The translations under genes were made by a program, and so were the position numbers. From Rhizodiscina lignyota (lineage: Eukaryota), in the NCBI GenBank assembly GCA_010015805.1, contig ML978134.1:186001-250000 (forward strand): a stretch of 64,000 nucleotides of DNA, given 5' to 3'. The notes beneath the pieces are model-generated. The model made no database searches. It had not been told where the DNA came from and saw only the letters and a list, made by a program, of their open reading frames with translations. The stretch's first letter is position 1, and every line of letters begins with the position of its first letter. Positions 10,592 through 23,651 of this stretch are shown here, one piece after another.

Positions 10592-12846
10592 ATGCTCGAA
10601 GCAGACGACAACAGCGATGCGAGAAACAAGTGTTCCTCGTCGCCGCCATCGCTTAAAGTGGCAAGCGGCCATGCTTCAGCCACTGCAGGCGTACCCATTC
10701 CAGACTCGGGATACTCTTCAATGACCAGCTCACTTGAAAGCCCGACAGAAGGAACAGTTGAAGTCGCTCGGTTTAGTTTTTGGAAGCGAAAAGTTACTAT
10801 CCAATCGCTAAAAAGCCCAGCCTCGCAGATTGTGAGGCAGCGCTATTCCAATATCGTCCAGTTCCTCGCAAAACCTCTTTTGCATATTATCACAACCACA
10901 GACCCTACCAGTGGCAGCTATGATTTCGGCATAAAGCTGATGCTCGTTGGCAAAGGCGACTCTGCGAAGCCGGGAATCGTGATATTTTGCAGTCAACGAA
11001 GTCTTAAAAGAATTGAGAAATTTGTTCAACAAGCACACATCAAAGCAGCATGTGATAAAGCTGGACCCAGCTCAAGGGAATCGGGTCTTGATATTGTGGT
11101 AGTCACCACTACGATGAGGAAACTCGGTTACACTGAGCTACGAAGTTCAGCCTCTAATTCTCAGGGTGACATCATTTCCGACCTAACTCTTCCTACGCTA
11201 AATCTCCGTGTGCCGACTGTTCCTACGCTGGATCTTCGTGCGCCGACTATTCCTTCATCGATTCGTGAGTCAGCTACTAGACTGGGTCCTCAGACGCTAC
11301 GTCAAAATGGCTTGGGATCATCTCTCCCATCTTTCTCGGAAGAAATCAACATACCGAGACGTACATTATCATATCCTTCCCGCGACATCAGCAATCGACT
11401 TCACGGAGCAGACACACGGGGTACTCCCGTAATGTCGAGGATCGAATTTAGTGGTATTCCTGTTATGTTTGGATATCCCAGTTTCGGAAAGAGGGCGACG
11501 GTCGGTGGTATTGTGACCATCACAAAAAAGGGAAAGGATATTCCATGTGCCATAACAGTTGGCCATTTCATCCACGACAGCGATCCAACACGTCTAACAA
11601 CACAGTCTGAAAGTTCAAAGAGGAGCCGAACTTCAGGAATCGACCTAGGGATTGGCGAAACTAGCAATTTGTACACTTGCCAGGAAGACGGAAAACCAGA
11701 ACTAATCGGCCACCTACTTTCCTGGTCAGGGGTCAAGAGCCCTTTAACAGGAACGAACTCAACGTCCGATTGGGCCTTATTCGAAATACACGATGGAGCA
11801 TTGGAATCCAGTACATGCCTACCTCGGAGCCCAGGTTTAGTTGATAGTTGTGGATTCAAAGCGCCAGAGGCCGTACCAGAAGATTTAATGACCTTTCGCC
11901 AAGTGGTTGTCTTTGGTGGCACCAGCGGTATTCAGCGTGGCAAGATTTCCGACATGTACTCATACATACGTGTTGGAGTCACGCCGTCACTGGTTAAAGC
12001 CTTCACTTTCTTCGCTGAAAGTTCGCCAGGTAAGAGTGTAATGTGTATAGTTATACACATTTCTGTAATCGCGGATAACGCTAACGCAGAATAGGGCTTG
12101 TACAGGGCGACTGCGGATCGTGGGTCGTTGATGTCAACAGTCGTGAAGTGCTTGGACATGTCGTCGCCGCGGATGGCTTTGGTGATGTCTTTGTCCTTCC
12201 CATGATGGATGTTTTCGAGGATATAGCGCACATCATACAGACGGATCGCATCAGGATCGATTCCGAGACGGAAATTGCTACGATCGATGACGATATGAGC
12301 CTGCTCAGCCTGCGGCAATCCACGGGGCTTCTAAACTTACATGAGGATCTACCATTGCCAGGGCCGAATGAAATAGTTTCAGACATCGACATTACGGAAT
12401 TACGCGATATAGAACTACGCGATACAGAGCTAAGCCAATATGCAGGCTCTATTACGTCTAGCTCGGATTTCATAAAAGGGGAGGAAATTTCCAAGTCGAT
12501 GCTCCCACTAGGGCGTAAAACCAAAAGGAAGGTTATTGATGTTCCTGTCCCTGTCGAGTATCGTAACCGCTTCCAGGATTTCCGGGACTTGGTCACGAAG
12601 GACTTGACCACACATATTACACGAAACCCCAAAACAGATCGTTTTGGGCTAGTCTCAATAAGATTGATGATGCTCCAGGACGGAGATAAGGCTGCCGTTC
12701 CTTATGCCGTGGTATTTTGCGAGAAAGAAGAGAGAAAAGACGTAAGAAAATGCTTGAGGCGACGACATATCATGGAGCTCCTTCAACCACATGACAAGGT
12801 GGACCTTGGCGTTTTTGTCAGTGTATTTTCTCCGCAATTGCTATAA
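10592..12846 (+). CDS. Trypsin/chymotrypsin-fold peptidase-like protein with a duplicated flanking domain
   Basis: ATVGGIV, ITVGHF (His), SDWALFEI (Asp); intron 12030-12094 (GTAAGA..CTAAC..TAG) joins the two ORFs in frame giving PGLVQGDCGSWVVD..VLGHVVA. Confidence 0.75.
11192..11254 (+). repeat. 30-bp in-frame tandem duplication (PTLNLRVPTV/PTLDLRAPTI)
   Basis: cctacgctaaatctccgtgtgccgactgtt followed by cctacgctggatcttcgtgcgccgactatt. Confidence 0.85.
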
Positions 12847-13528
12847 GCGCAGTTTCCTCGGAGTTTTTGCTGTATCTGAGCGGCCAACTGGTTTCAATGA
12901 AATATCCAATATATAAACACTGAATGATACACAGCTGTCTACGTTATCTCTAACTGATGTATCATTTTATGTCAACAAGACCCGCACGCCCAGAGATCCA
13001 CTCCTCCCTTCCTCGGCCGTGGCGTTACTTGCTCTCGCTCTATCCGCAACGCAAACCGTCGATCACCGTCATTTTTTCTTTTTCAAACTAAAGGCCTTGC
13101 AGGAGCCGTATCGTCGAACGAGCTACATGGTGCTAATCATGATCATCGGCAGGATTGCATGGTTAGCCCGCTCCTTGGAAGTAATGATAGCACATAAAAT
13201 AACAGGAGTTCGTGTAATTGGACTGCCCAGCTGTACACTGACGTAGGCTGCGACAGTTCACTGTTCTGCTCAAGCAATGTAAGTCTCAAAACTACACGAG
13301 ATGGGATTGGGCGATATTGCACATCACAGCGGAAGCGCGCATTAGCGTCGCTTAAACTGACAGCTTATTGGCGCTGAGCTATGCCGTGATCGCGGTTCAC
13401 TATCGCAACAACTCGCAAATACGATGCACCGACAATACATAGGTGACCTGGGCACCAAAAAGGCGCAGAATAAAAACCCTTGCTTTAGCAATACCTTGAC
13501 GCGCGAAACATTTCAGATATAGCGCAAA

Positions 13529-15422
13529 ATGGCTGACAGGGACTTCGTACCCATTGACGTGAAAGACGAACACCCGCAGAGTTTGGAGCAATTGCCCAGC
13601 GGCGTGGAAGATGCTGGGGCAATTCCAAAAGGAACAATTGACCCTGTCTACGAAGCTAAAGCTAGAGTGCTCAATCATGCTGTTAGTAAACCCTAGCCTA
13701 GAAGAATTGAGCAGAATGCTGACAATGCTAAAACCAGATCCAAGACATTGGCATGGGCTGGTATCAATGGCAGCTCTTCATCGTTGTCGGATTTGGCTGG
13801 GCCAATGATAATCTTTGGCCCATCGTGTAAGGGCACTCCTTGCAATTCTTCGCATCAAGCAATATACTTACATATTCACAGCACCTCATTGATATGTTAG
13901 AAGCTCCAACAAAAATAATACGCATCTCGAGTAACTGATATGATATAGTTACTCCCATTACCAACGAATTCAATCCAACTCGACCACCGCTTTTGACTCT
14001 CGCACAGAATATCGGTCTTCTCGCTGGAGCCATCTTTTGGGGGTTTGGCTGTGATATCTGGGGTCGCAGGCCCGCCTTTAACGCTACTTTAGGCGTTACT
14101 GCCGTTTGGGGAATGATTGCAGCAGGAAGCCCCAATTTTGCTGCGATTGGCATATTCGCTGCTTTCTGGAGCTTCGGAGTTGGCGGGAATCTGCCTGTCG
14201 ACTCAGCAGTCTTCCTCGAGTTTCTACCAGGTAATGCTTATTGCTCCGTGCACGATTAGCTTTCTGCTCAAGTATACACCCACACCAGGCTCTCACCAAT
14301 ATCTCTTGACGGTTTTGTCCATCGACTGGGCAATCGCACAGGTTGTTGCAACACTGATTGCTTGGCCACTCCTTGGAAACCTGACTTGCGCGGAAGACGA
14401 GGTCTGCACTCGATCGAAGAACATGGGTTGGAGGTACTTCGTCATCACAATGGGAGGCATCTCGCTCATCGAATTTTTCATCCGATTTGTACTCTTTACC
14501 ATCTTCGAGTCTCCCAAGTTCCACATGGGTAAAGGGAATGATGAGGAGGCCGTTAGGATCGTCCACGAGGTTGCGCGTCGAAACGGGAAGGAGTCTCAGC
14601 GTACGTGTCATGTGACACTAAGGGAAGACCGAGTATCGTACTGACGCATCTTAGTGACAATCGAAGATTTGAAAGCTTGCGAGCCCCTCGGTGGAGGAAC
14701 ACACGTCCATACGGATGCTGCCGGCGCTGTCAAGCGGAATCTGGAGAAGCTGAGCTCGAAGCATGTGCGCGCTTTGTTCGCCACGAAAAAGCTTGCGTAT
14801 TCGACATCTCTCATCATGGTAGTCTGGGGATTCATTGGATTAGGCTACCCTTTGTATAACGCGTTTATCCCATACATACAGGCGACGAAAGGGAAGCAGT
14901 TCGGGGACGGTTCCACATACCTGACATACAGAAATTCCCTCATTATTGCCGCCCTGGGAGTTCCAGGAGCCCTTCTCGGTGGAGTACTAGTCGAAATCCC
15001 AAGATTCGGTCGGCGCGGTGCGCTTGCTGTTTCCACAATCCTGACTGGAGTTTTCCTCTATTGCTCCACTACCGCAACAACTTCCTCGGCTCTTTTAGGC
15101 TGGCAGTGCGCCTTTAACTTCTGCTCCAACATCATGTACGCCGTGCTGTATGCGTACACACCGGAGATCTTCCCTACGAAAGACAGAGGGACAGGGAATG
15201 CATTGACTGCAACGGCGAACAGGATCTTTGGGATTATGGCGGTACGTGGTCCACCATTGACTCGCAGCATTACACTGCTTACACAGAAGCCAGCCGATCA
15301 TAGCCATGTTTGCGAATCTGCAGACTTCGGCGCCTGTGTACACTAGCGGCGCACTGTTCATTGCGGCAGGATTCTGTGTCGCTGTCCTTCCGTTTGAATC
15401 GCAAGGCAAAGCAAGCCTGTGA
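13529..15422 (+). CDS. MFS transporter (SV2/sugar transporter-like)
   Basis: IQDIGMGWYQWQLF, DIWGRR, GGNLPVDSAVFLEFLP, ESPKF, YTPEIFPTKDRGTG; several introns including a 14-nt microexon at 13882-13895. Confidence 0.9.
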
Positions 15423-16214
15423 AGCTGCAAGATGACTGTGGCAGATCGTACGTCTTAAGTGACAGCAGAGATGCTATTTGTAGACTCCGTGATATTCTGA
15501 GCTACTGGTACGGAGTAGCTTGAAATCGAACCGAGTCCTCAGAGGGCTGCTGTAATGGCGCGGAGCGGGAGCAAGATAATAACAGTGTCACGTTTTCTCC
15601 TATCTAAGCCTCTATGGATAGCTTAGAGTTCTGAATACCTTTTCAGCACATACCAATCCGAAATTGCAATTCAAAAAGCCCTCATCTAATATTTGAATAC
15701 TTCGTAGCTGCACATGGGTCCGGCAATGCGCGAGACGACTTGACGGCGGTGGCACAGACTGGTGCCAGTCACAGTAGGTTCGGATGAACGACCCCATAGG
15801 AATTGTAATGGCCCTAAGGCATCGTAATGAAGGTGTGATGTGTATGGAGCATTTGCGTCGTGTTCACGCCTCAGGAGATCGAAGGACATAGGGCTAAGCG
15901 CTAAATGGACAGCCTCCTGCACTACACCGGATCGGGCGTAGGATACCCCACATCTGAACCTCAGCTCCGGTCGCCCACGGCGGAAAGGCATCTCTTTTTC
16001 ACGACTGCTCCCTACTCGAAGACTCCGGACTTCCGTGGACGGTTTGCTGGAGCTCCCTCTCAATCGTCGGGACCATGAGGGAATATCCGCATGCGACAGT
16101 CTTTCAATGAAGCGGTGGACGCCATGACCTGAGGTTCGACTTATTGGGCCGCTACGCGAGTCACGAGATCTGCCTTTTGTCGTCGCACACCGAAAGAAGT
16201 CCCGGGAAGGCTAG

Positions 16215-17721
16215 ATGGATCAAAGACAGCGGGTGTCGAAGGCATGCGATGCGTGCAAGGTCCGAAAAGTCAAGTGCAATGGCCAGCAGCCTTGCACTCA
16301 GTGCAGTCACCTCGTATGTCATCCCAGGCGAGCCGAATCAGTTGCAATGATTGGAGATGCTGAATCCACCTTAGGCACTTCGATGTATCTACGCTCCGAA
16401 AGCCATTGCTCCAAGAAAGCAAGGCCGACGAGGTGGTGTGATATCAAAGTACAAAGAGACCACCAGCGGAAGCTGGTCATCCTCTGATGCATCACCAGTA
16501 TCACCAGCCAATCACGACCGATATGACTGCGCATTTTTTGTCGACTTGATACCAGATTTTATGACCGCGGTTTATCCCGTGCAACCTGTCATGACAGAAC
16601 AGGAAATTCACGACAGTATCCAAGCTATGGATAATGACCAGGAAGCGAAATCATTTGCGCTTGCTTTCGGCGGATGCACGTTGAACCTGACTCGGACCGG
16701 CGTGAGACGAACACCAGAAGTTAACCAAACAATTGCATTCCTCGCGAGCGAATCGATCAAAGCGCGTGGGCCTGTCATGCCGAACTTTCAATCTTCAGTG
16801 CGACAAGCATTGACATCACTCTTCCTCCACAACTGCTTCATGACTATGAGAGACAAAGACACAGCATTCTTCTATATGCGCGATGCTATATCGTTGATTC
16901 AACTCTTGCGAATCGATCAGATGAACTCGGAAGACCCTCCGCTTAGTCCGCCAGAGCGCTCACGACGGCAACGACTCTACTGGGAGGGATTCATTCATGA
17001 ACGATTTCTTGCGATCTTGGATTATCGCTCAGTGGTCTTGCCTCCTCTTCAGGATCTTCCGGAAGACGACCCCACCATTCCGCTCAGCATACAGGAGGGC
17101 TTCAATCAGATCATCAAACTGTTTCAGCTCCTTGATACGGAGTTTCTACAGAATTGGCTTGGGAATCAGAGCAATCTTACACCGGCCTGGATCGAGCGCA
17201 AGGATAGAGAGCTCGTTGGCGACTCTGAAGGCGTCCCTGAGGGGTACGCCTTGCTGACACCGATGCAACGGGCGGACCTGATTGTAACGAAGCACTGGCT
17301 CCGCACCCTTGTATGGCGGCTTGCAATGTCCAACACCTTGCTCTCATCTCAGTCATCAAAGGAATGCCTCTCGCTGCTGTTTCCGGTCCGCTTGTCCAAT
17401 CAGCTCCGCAGCGAAGTCCCCAGGATTTCGAGAGAAGACATCGAGATCCACGGCAGCGGCATTGTGCAGAAACTCTTTGAAATTACGGATACTATTGCTG
17501 ACGTTGTCATCGCAATTCCGGCTGCAACTGTAGAGGAGACCACTCGCCGCGTGGACGATTTTGATTTCCTATTACGATTCGTCTTTACCTTCTCCAATCT
17601 CGATCATACGAGAAGACGAATTTTGGAAGAGAAACATGAGAAAATACAGCAGATGCTGGACCGGGTGAAGAGCCCAGCGCCGAGCATTGCATCTCCAGCA
17701 GGCTCTGATAATCCTTGGTGA
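16215..17721 (+). CDS. Zn2Cys6 transcription factor, resembles MalR/AmyR/SUC1-type activators
   Basis: CDACKVRKVKCNGQQPCTQCSHL|ALRC across intron 16314-16374; middle region RRQRLYWEGFIHERFLA; subfamily assignment is by recollection only. Confidence 0.88.
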
Positions 17722-18044
17722 GAATGCACTCTTTCATTCAGCAATAGATCATCCTGCTAACATGGCTTCCCCGATTTAGGTATCAAATCACGAAGAGTAT
17801 GGTGCCACCCGGGGTATCTCCCCCGGAAGTTCTATAAGCGCTTGTGTTTCGTTCCGGTTCTGGTAAATCTCCAGGTCGATTGGAAGATTCTCATGTCAAT
17901 ATACGCCTTTAGGATTTATCACCGTACCAGCTGACTGGACTATGACCATTGGTCGACGGGGTAAAATTTTACGATATACGTTTTCTTTGACACGGCAATT
18001 ACGTTTGTGAAAATCCCCGTAGTCATTAAGCCGCGAGATTTGCG

Positions 18045-18539
18045 TTACACCTTCGGCGGCATCATCAAGTCGACAAACTCCTCATCGATCTGCACCAAAG
18101 CTGCCATTCCACCTTCTTCCGCCACCTTTGTCTCCACAACAAATGTTGCCATCAGCTCCATTTCCTCGGTCTCACTCGCGTTCGCACTGATCCGATGATG
18201 GCATCCCGGTGCCTCATACCAAGACTCGCCCGCTGTCAGCACCATCGTCGGCTCGTCGTTCATCTTGTTGTATGCAGTTCCACGAAGGATGACGCCGGAC
18301 ACTGATGCTCCGCCGTGACGATGAGGTGGAGTTGCTCCGCGTGGTGGGAAGGTGACTTTGAGTGTGAGAATGGAGAAGCCTGGAACATTGACGAGGGGGT
18401 ACGAATAGAGCAACTGAATGCTTGCGTGAGGCGCCTTTTCCAATACGCTAAATGACTCAGTTAACTAAATTGAAGTCATCTTGTTCATGCAGATCACTAG
18501 CCTTCTGTCATATGGTGGATCCGGGATCGAGTGGCCCAT
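18045..18539 (-). CDS. Cupin domain protein
   Basis: TPPHRHGGA and WYEAPGCHH cupin motifs; probable first exon MGHSIPDPPYDR from 18539, intron boundaries uncertain. Confidence 0.8.
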
Positions 18540-18788
18540 GTTCGCGACTTTGAATGAAACTCAGTCGGTGGTTCTTGAAGAAGCTCTGAGCGCTATGCTC
18601 TTTAAATAAGACTACAGGGACCACAAGACAGGAATATCTTATATTTACCCCTCAAGGATCTTGCGATGCGTAATGCAAAATGGATTTTTGGAGTAGAGTG
18701 GAGTCGGGACCAAGTATCCCTAAGTCACGTGCTTGGTTGCCGAATAGGCTATTGCAGATCGATGTCCGGACTCAGCCCACGGCACTCG

Positions 18789-20718
18789 CTATTGCTGAAC
18801 GTAAACATCTAGAGAAAATCCGTTCCTGATTTCAAAGTCGGGACCGAGACTGAAATCCATTTCCGAGCCTGAGCTGAGAAAGTCCGTGGAACTCAAGCCC
18901 GAGAAGAAGTCTGTGTCAATATCCTCGTTCGCCGACTTCGGTTCGAGCTTCCCCAAGCAGTCTAGTGTGCCAGTTGCTTGGGTTGTCGGGGAGTTCCTCT
19001 GACTGTCCAAACCTAAGAGCTCTCGGGCAACGAGCTTCACCTCTCGTAGGACTTTCTTTCCCCGCGGCCATACTTCCGCAAATGCTTCCAGTGCTCCAAT
19101 TGCAACCCGGATCCTTTCTCGGGCGATTTTGAGTTGCTCACCTTTCAGTACATGGTTGCAAGCAGAGAGGTGTCCGATGGTGACTGTTGCAACCATACAG
19201 ATTGTAAACGGGGTATGCGCGGCCATGTTCGTAGGAAGCGTGAGAAGAGCTGTCATGCGTTCAATGGCTAAGAGAATCTTTTTGGTGTGTGTAAACGCAT
19301 CTCGATCTTCGCCTTGCTGAGGTGCGTTCGGAGGAGGCGGTGGAGCGCAGGATGAGATCGCTTCGATTGGGCTGTAAACGAGCGTCGAAAGGAAGCGATG
19401 CATGTCGACGACGTATACTTCGATCAGCGTGTTCGCCTTGTACATGAGTTCATCGAGCGATCCATCATCCCTAAACAGTTTTCGTTTTGACTTGCAAAGG
19501 AGCGATTGCCATGCCCCAATTGCAGCATCGGTGTTTGCGCTGATCTCCTTTACATGCTCCACAGAGTCTCTTGGAATGCCGGCGGCCACATGGTCTAGAC
19601 TTCTCACAAGTCCGATAACATAAGCAAATGAAGAGAAGAGTGTGTCTTCCTCGAGCGCGAATTCCCGATTATCGTAATCCTCCAGTGTCTTGGGCTTGGG
19701 TATGTTCTGGTTATGTCAGCCAGATGCAACATTGAAGTTTGTCATCTGTTTAGCTTACCCCTGAATTGTAGTCCAAGTCTTCACAAGGTAATTCTACAGT
19801 CGCCGGTGTGTACCTTTGGCTACTACCAAAAAATGTTTCATGATTGCTCCATGTGGTGTGTGCGTCTGTAAAGTACAGTTGCCACCACGTTCGTCTCATG
19901 CTCTCCGCAAGGACACTATCTCCGCCACAACGCTCAGCGGCAAATTCTTTGAGGTTCATACCGAGATTCAAAGCTTTAGCCGTTGCTCTGTTGAGGAGTT
20001 CCCGTGCCCTTCGTAGGTCGTTGTTCCAATATACAGCAGTGCTTAACAGTACCAGGGCTTGGACCTCGAATCTGTTGGCAGAAGCAGACAGCTTTGCTAA
20101 CTCGTCTTCAACTGCTCGTTCCAAAGACTCCGATGATATCCTTGGGACAAAACGCGAGCCGATATACTTCATCGCCAGTACTAGAACCTTCAAGTCTGGA
20201 GGAGCTTCTTTCAACCGGAGCTTCATAAACTCGGGAGGGAGAACACAAGGTTGAGCATCGTGAAACCATATATAATAGAGATCCATGAAAGCGTTCCAGT
20301 CGTGCCATCGATCATCGGGGTTGTAACTTAGGCAATGTCCGATCGAACTGGGTGTCCCAGGGAATGTGCCATCGGACTTATCCGATACAAGACATGGCAC
20401 AGCATTGGTTTCTGCAAGTTGGAAGGCGGTCAACAAACTTCCAGCAGGAGCTGAAGCGGAAAGTCGGCGATCCAGCGCGGGTAGTGGTGAGGTAGAAAAA
20501 CTCGAGAAAGGGGTCTGTTGTGCGGTTCTGTTTTGTATTTTTGGGCGGCCGCCTCTTCTGGATTTTTGGTACGTGCATTCGCTGCCACTATCACGACACC
20601 GGGAGCATATTGGAGAGACAGCGTCACATCTCAGATGGCGGCTTCGACACTGAATACAGGCCAGGCTCACTCTGAACGTGGCCTTCCCAGACGACGGATC
20701 GACGGATTCTGGCATCAT
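18789..20718 (-). CDS. Zn2Cys6 transcription factor with fungal-specific TF domain
   Basis: CIQCRSRHLRCDAVSPICSRCRDSGSEC; ESMRRTWWQLY; intron 19707-19758. Confidence 0.9.
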
Positions 20719-22039
20719 ATGATGCAGTTCTGGAGAAGGTTATTTTTGAATAGATCAAGAACAAAGACAATTTGCCAATGGCTCAAACCATTGCTTGGTT
20801 TGGAGGAGAGGATGACTTATCAAGATGCTTCCTGCCAAGCAGCGGAAGACTGGCGGAGCGTGAAAAGGAGCACGCCTGCCTGGAACTGCCGAATCGGTCA
20901 TGAGGACGTCGACTCATGGTACGGGCTTACTAAGCTTGACATCTGTTACTCGCGTCTCCGAGGAATAAAACTAGTTTCAGTTCTGAATACTTCCAATGTT
21001 CTCCGGGAAGCCCCATAAATTGTGCGAGCGTCAAGCCTCGCTGCCATATGCAGGTGCGGCCGCCTTGCGAGCTGATGATCCTTTGCGCCACTGGATTGAC
21101 TCAGAAGCAATTCAGACTCCAGAACATCCCCTGCCCCTGCCAAGCTTTCATATTCATTGGACTCCCAAAGTCTGCCTTTGGTGCCCTCGATTTGAGTGGT
21201 TATTGGGGTATAACTGTGCTAGAATGGGCGCGTTTCGGCATGTGCAGAATGTCTTTCGCTTGATTCGAACACAGACAGTGATACGATACACAACTTCCTC
21301 AACCTATATTAACTAACGGGAATATACATCCTTGCGGCTTGACCATATCTCAGCCACAACTCAACTATTCTGGTTACTCACTTGCCCAGTTACAGAACCC
21401 TTGTGCCGATCCTCTAAATGTTGTATTATCTAAGCTGTCTCGCGCGTCTCCTTTTAGCTGATTAATGCTGTTGAAAATAGACTGGGGTTCTCTTCTTTCC
21501 TAACGATCACATCCAGATCCCAGGTTTGCCAGATATGAGCAGCACATCTGCTCGTCTTTTCCAATGAAAGCTGTAACGAAAACGGCCATTGACCTTCAGA
21601 ATTTACGAAAAACCAGACAGTTTTATTCAAACCAAACGCATTTTCTACTTCTTCCCCTCATTTGGCTGCTGATAGCTACAACAAATCCTCAGACGAGGGT
21701 GGCACTCGACGATTGCCATCCATTTGAGTCGCATTAGCAACCATGGGTTCTTGCAAGTGATCTGGGAGGACAGTGCAATGTGCAGAACGAGCATATGAGG
21801 AAGACTCAGGCGTGCTACATGACACTTCCGCCCCAACTGATCAATGAGACTCTTTGGGAGAAACCCACAGACCGATACGATTGTCCTTGGTTGACTTAAT
21901 CGGAGTCGAACGCGAAAGGAATAACTGTCGTACTCCATTGAGGTATTGGAATTCACCATATCTCGTGTTCGCTCGCTATTCATATGAGTTCTTCGACCGA
22001 TTATCGCTGAATAAATACAAGGCATGTTCCACGATACCT

Positions 22040-23026
22040 TTATTCCGACAGCTTTTCTTTCAATATCTCCTCCGTCCAGATCCAAAACTTCTTTCCAAGC
22101 TCATCATCAAGCGCACCGGGGTTGACCTCATTCATGGCTCGCTTCGCTACCGCAACAAGATATTCTCCCTTAATGCCCAGCTCTTTAACCTTCGGACTGG
22201 TTGCCAGATAAAGTTGAGTCAATGCGCCAACAGACGCAGACTGACCGAGGATTCTTTCAGCGAAACGGATCAAGTAGCCTTGGATGCCAGCTTCGTATGA
22301 TGCAACGCTGCGGTTCAGGCCCGTATTCACCTGACCCGGGTGGCAGCAGTTAACGTACACGCCTGGACTAACGCGCGTCTGGAGAGTCCGAGTAAAGAGC
22401 ACTTGAGCGAACTTTGAGTGAGCATATCGCTTCATCCAAGTGTTGTTCTCCTCGAGCTTGGGATCGTTGATTTTCTCGAGATCGAAATGGGCTTTGCCGT
22501 GTGTCTGGGCATATGAGGTAACATTGACGATGCGTGCGCGCTGAGATACAATTGGGAGCAGAGTTGTTGTCCAGATGAAGTGACTCAGGTAGTTGATCGC
22601 GAAATGAGACTCTATTCCATCCTTTGTGAGTTTGAATTCATTATCCAGAACACCGGCGTTATTGACCAGAATGTCGACTTTCGTCTCGATAGTCAAAAAT
22701 TGCTGGGCAGATTTCTTCACTTCCTTCAGGTCGTCTAACGGTAATGCGATCGGCACAATATCCACACCAGTTACGCCTTCTTTTGCAAGATCGATTTCAA
22801 GCCTCTTTTGGGTGTCCTCAGCTTTCTCTGCAGATCTTGCCGTCACATACACCTTCGCCGCTTTGCGCGCAAGCTGAAGCGCCGTTTCATAGCCCAAGCC
22901 TACATTGGCCCCTAGCACAACCGCTGTCTTTCCATGAAGGTCAGGAATTTGGGAGGCATCCTGCCAATTAGGATTTGGATAGAGCCGAGCGAACGGAGGA
23001 GCAATCCAATTGAACCAATCGAACAT
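22040..23026 (-). CDS. Short-chain dehydrogenase/reductase (retinol dehydrogenase-like)
   Basis: GANVGLG, LVNNAGV and YAHSK catalytic motifs; intronless. Confidence 0.92.
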   Translation of the reverse strand: MFDWFNWIAPPFARLYPNPNWQDASQIPDLHGKTAVVLGANVGLGYETALQLARKAAKVYVTARSAEKAEDTQKRLEIDLAKEGVTGVDIVPIALPLDDLKEVKKSAQQFLTIETKVDILVNNAGVLDNEFKLTKDGIESHFAINYLSHFIWTTTLLPIVSQRARIVNVTSYAQTHGKAHFDLEKINDPKLEENNTWMKRYAHSKFAQVLFTRTLQTRVSPGVYVNCCHPGQVNTGLNRSVASYEAGIQGYLIRFAERILGQSASVGALTQLYLATSPKVKELGIKGEYLVAVAKRAMNEVNPGALDDELGKKFWIWTEEILKEKLSE

Positions 23027-23651
23027 TAGGGAAGAGTGTTGGCAGGTATCGCATTTGGCCTCAACCTGATGTCAGAGGGGCCGTACATAAAGAATCGCGT
23101 TTTTGAAACAGAGGAGCCTCGGACCAAAAAAGGCGTGCGAGTAAAGTGCACAGAGGGCGACAGATGCATGCGCATCCACATTGCACGGAACCAAGCTTCC
23201 GCACGCCACGAAATATTTCAAACGTTGGCCAATTCGGGTGAACGCAGGCTGTGAAAATACGTTATTGGTTAAGCTTGACAAAGATTCCTATTAATTAGAG
23301 GATGAATAATCAGATTTGCAAGAAATTGCGATGGGACTATTACAGATAAGGATACGACCAATCTCCAGATCAGGGATGGTCAAGGGAAGGGTTTCCGGTC
23401 CCCACAGCTCATTTCCGTGAGCTTTCGGGCGTTAACGACTTTCTATAATTATTGTACATTTCCCCACCGTCATTCTTGTGAAAACATGTATGATTTTATC
23501 ATGAAGTCCCGTCTCAATAACAATACAAAAGTATGTATAATTAGGCCTGCACGTCAAGTCCACCACCATAACGAGGGAAGCCTATCTCGAGAGGCGCCAC
23601 AATATTAGGACATCATCTACTCAAGCCGTCTTTTCGGAGAAAGCATTACAT

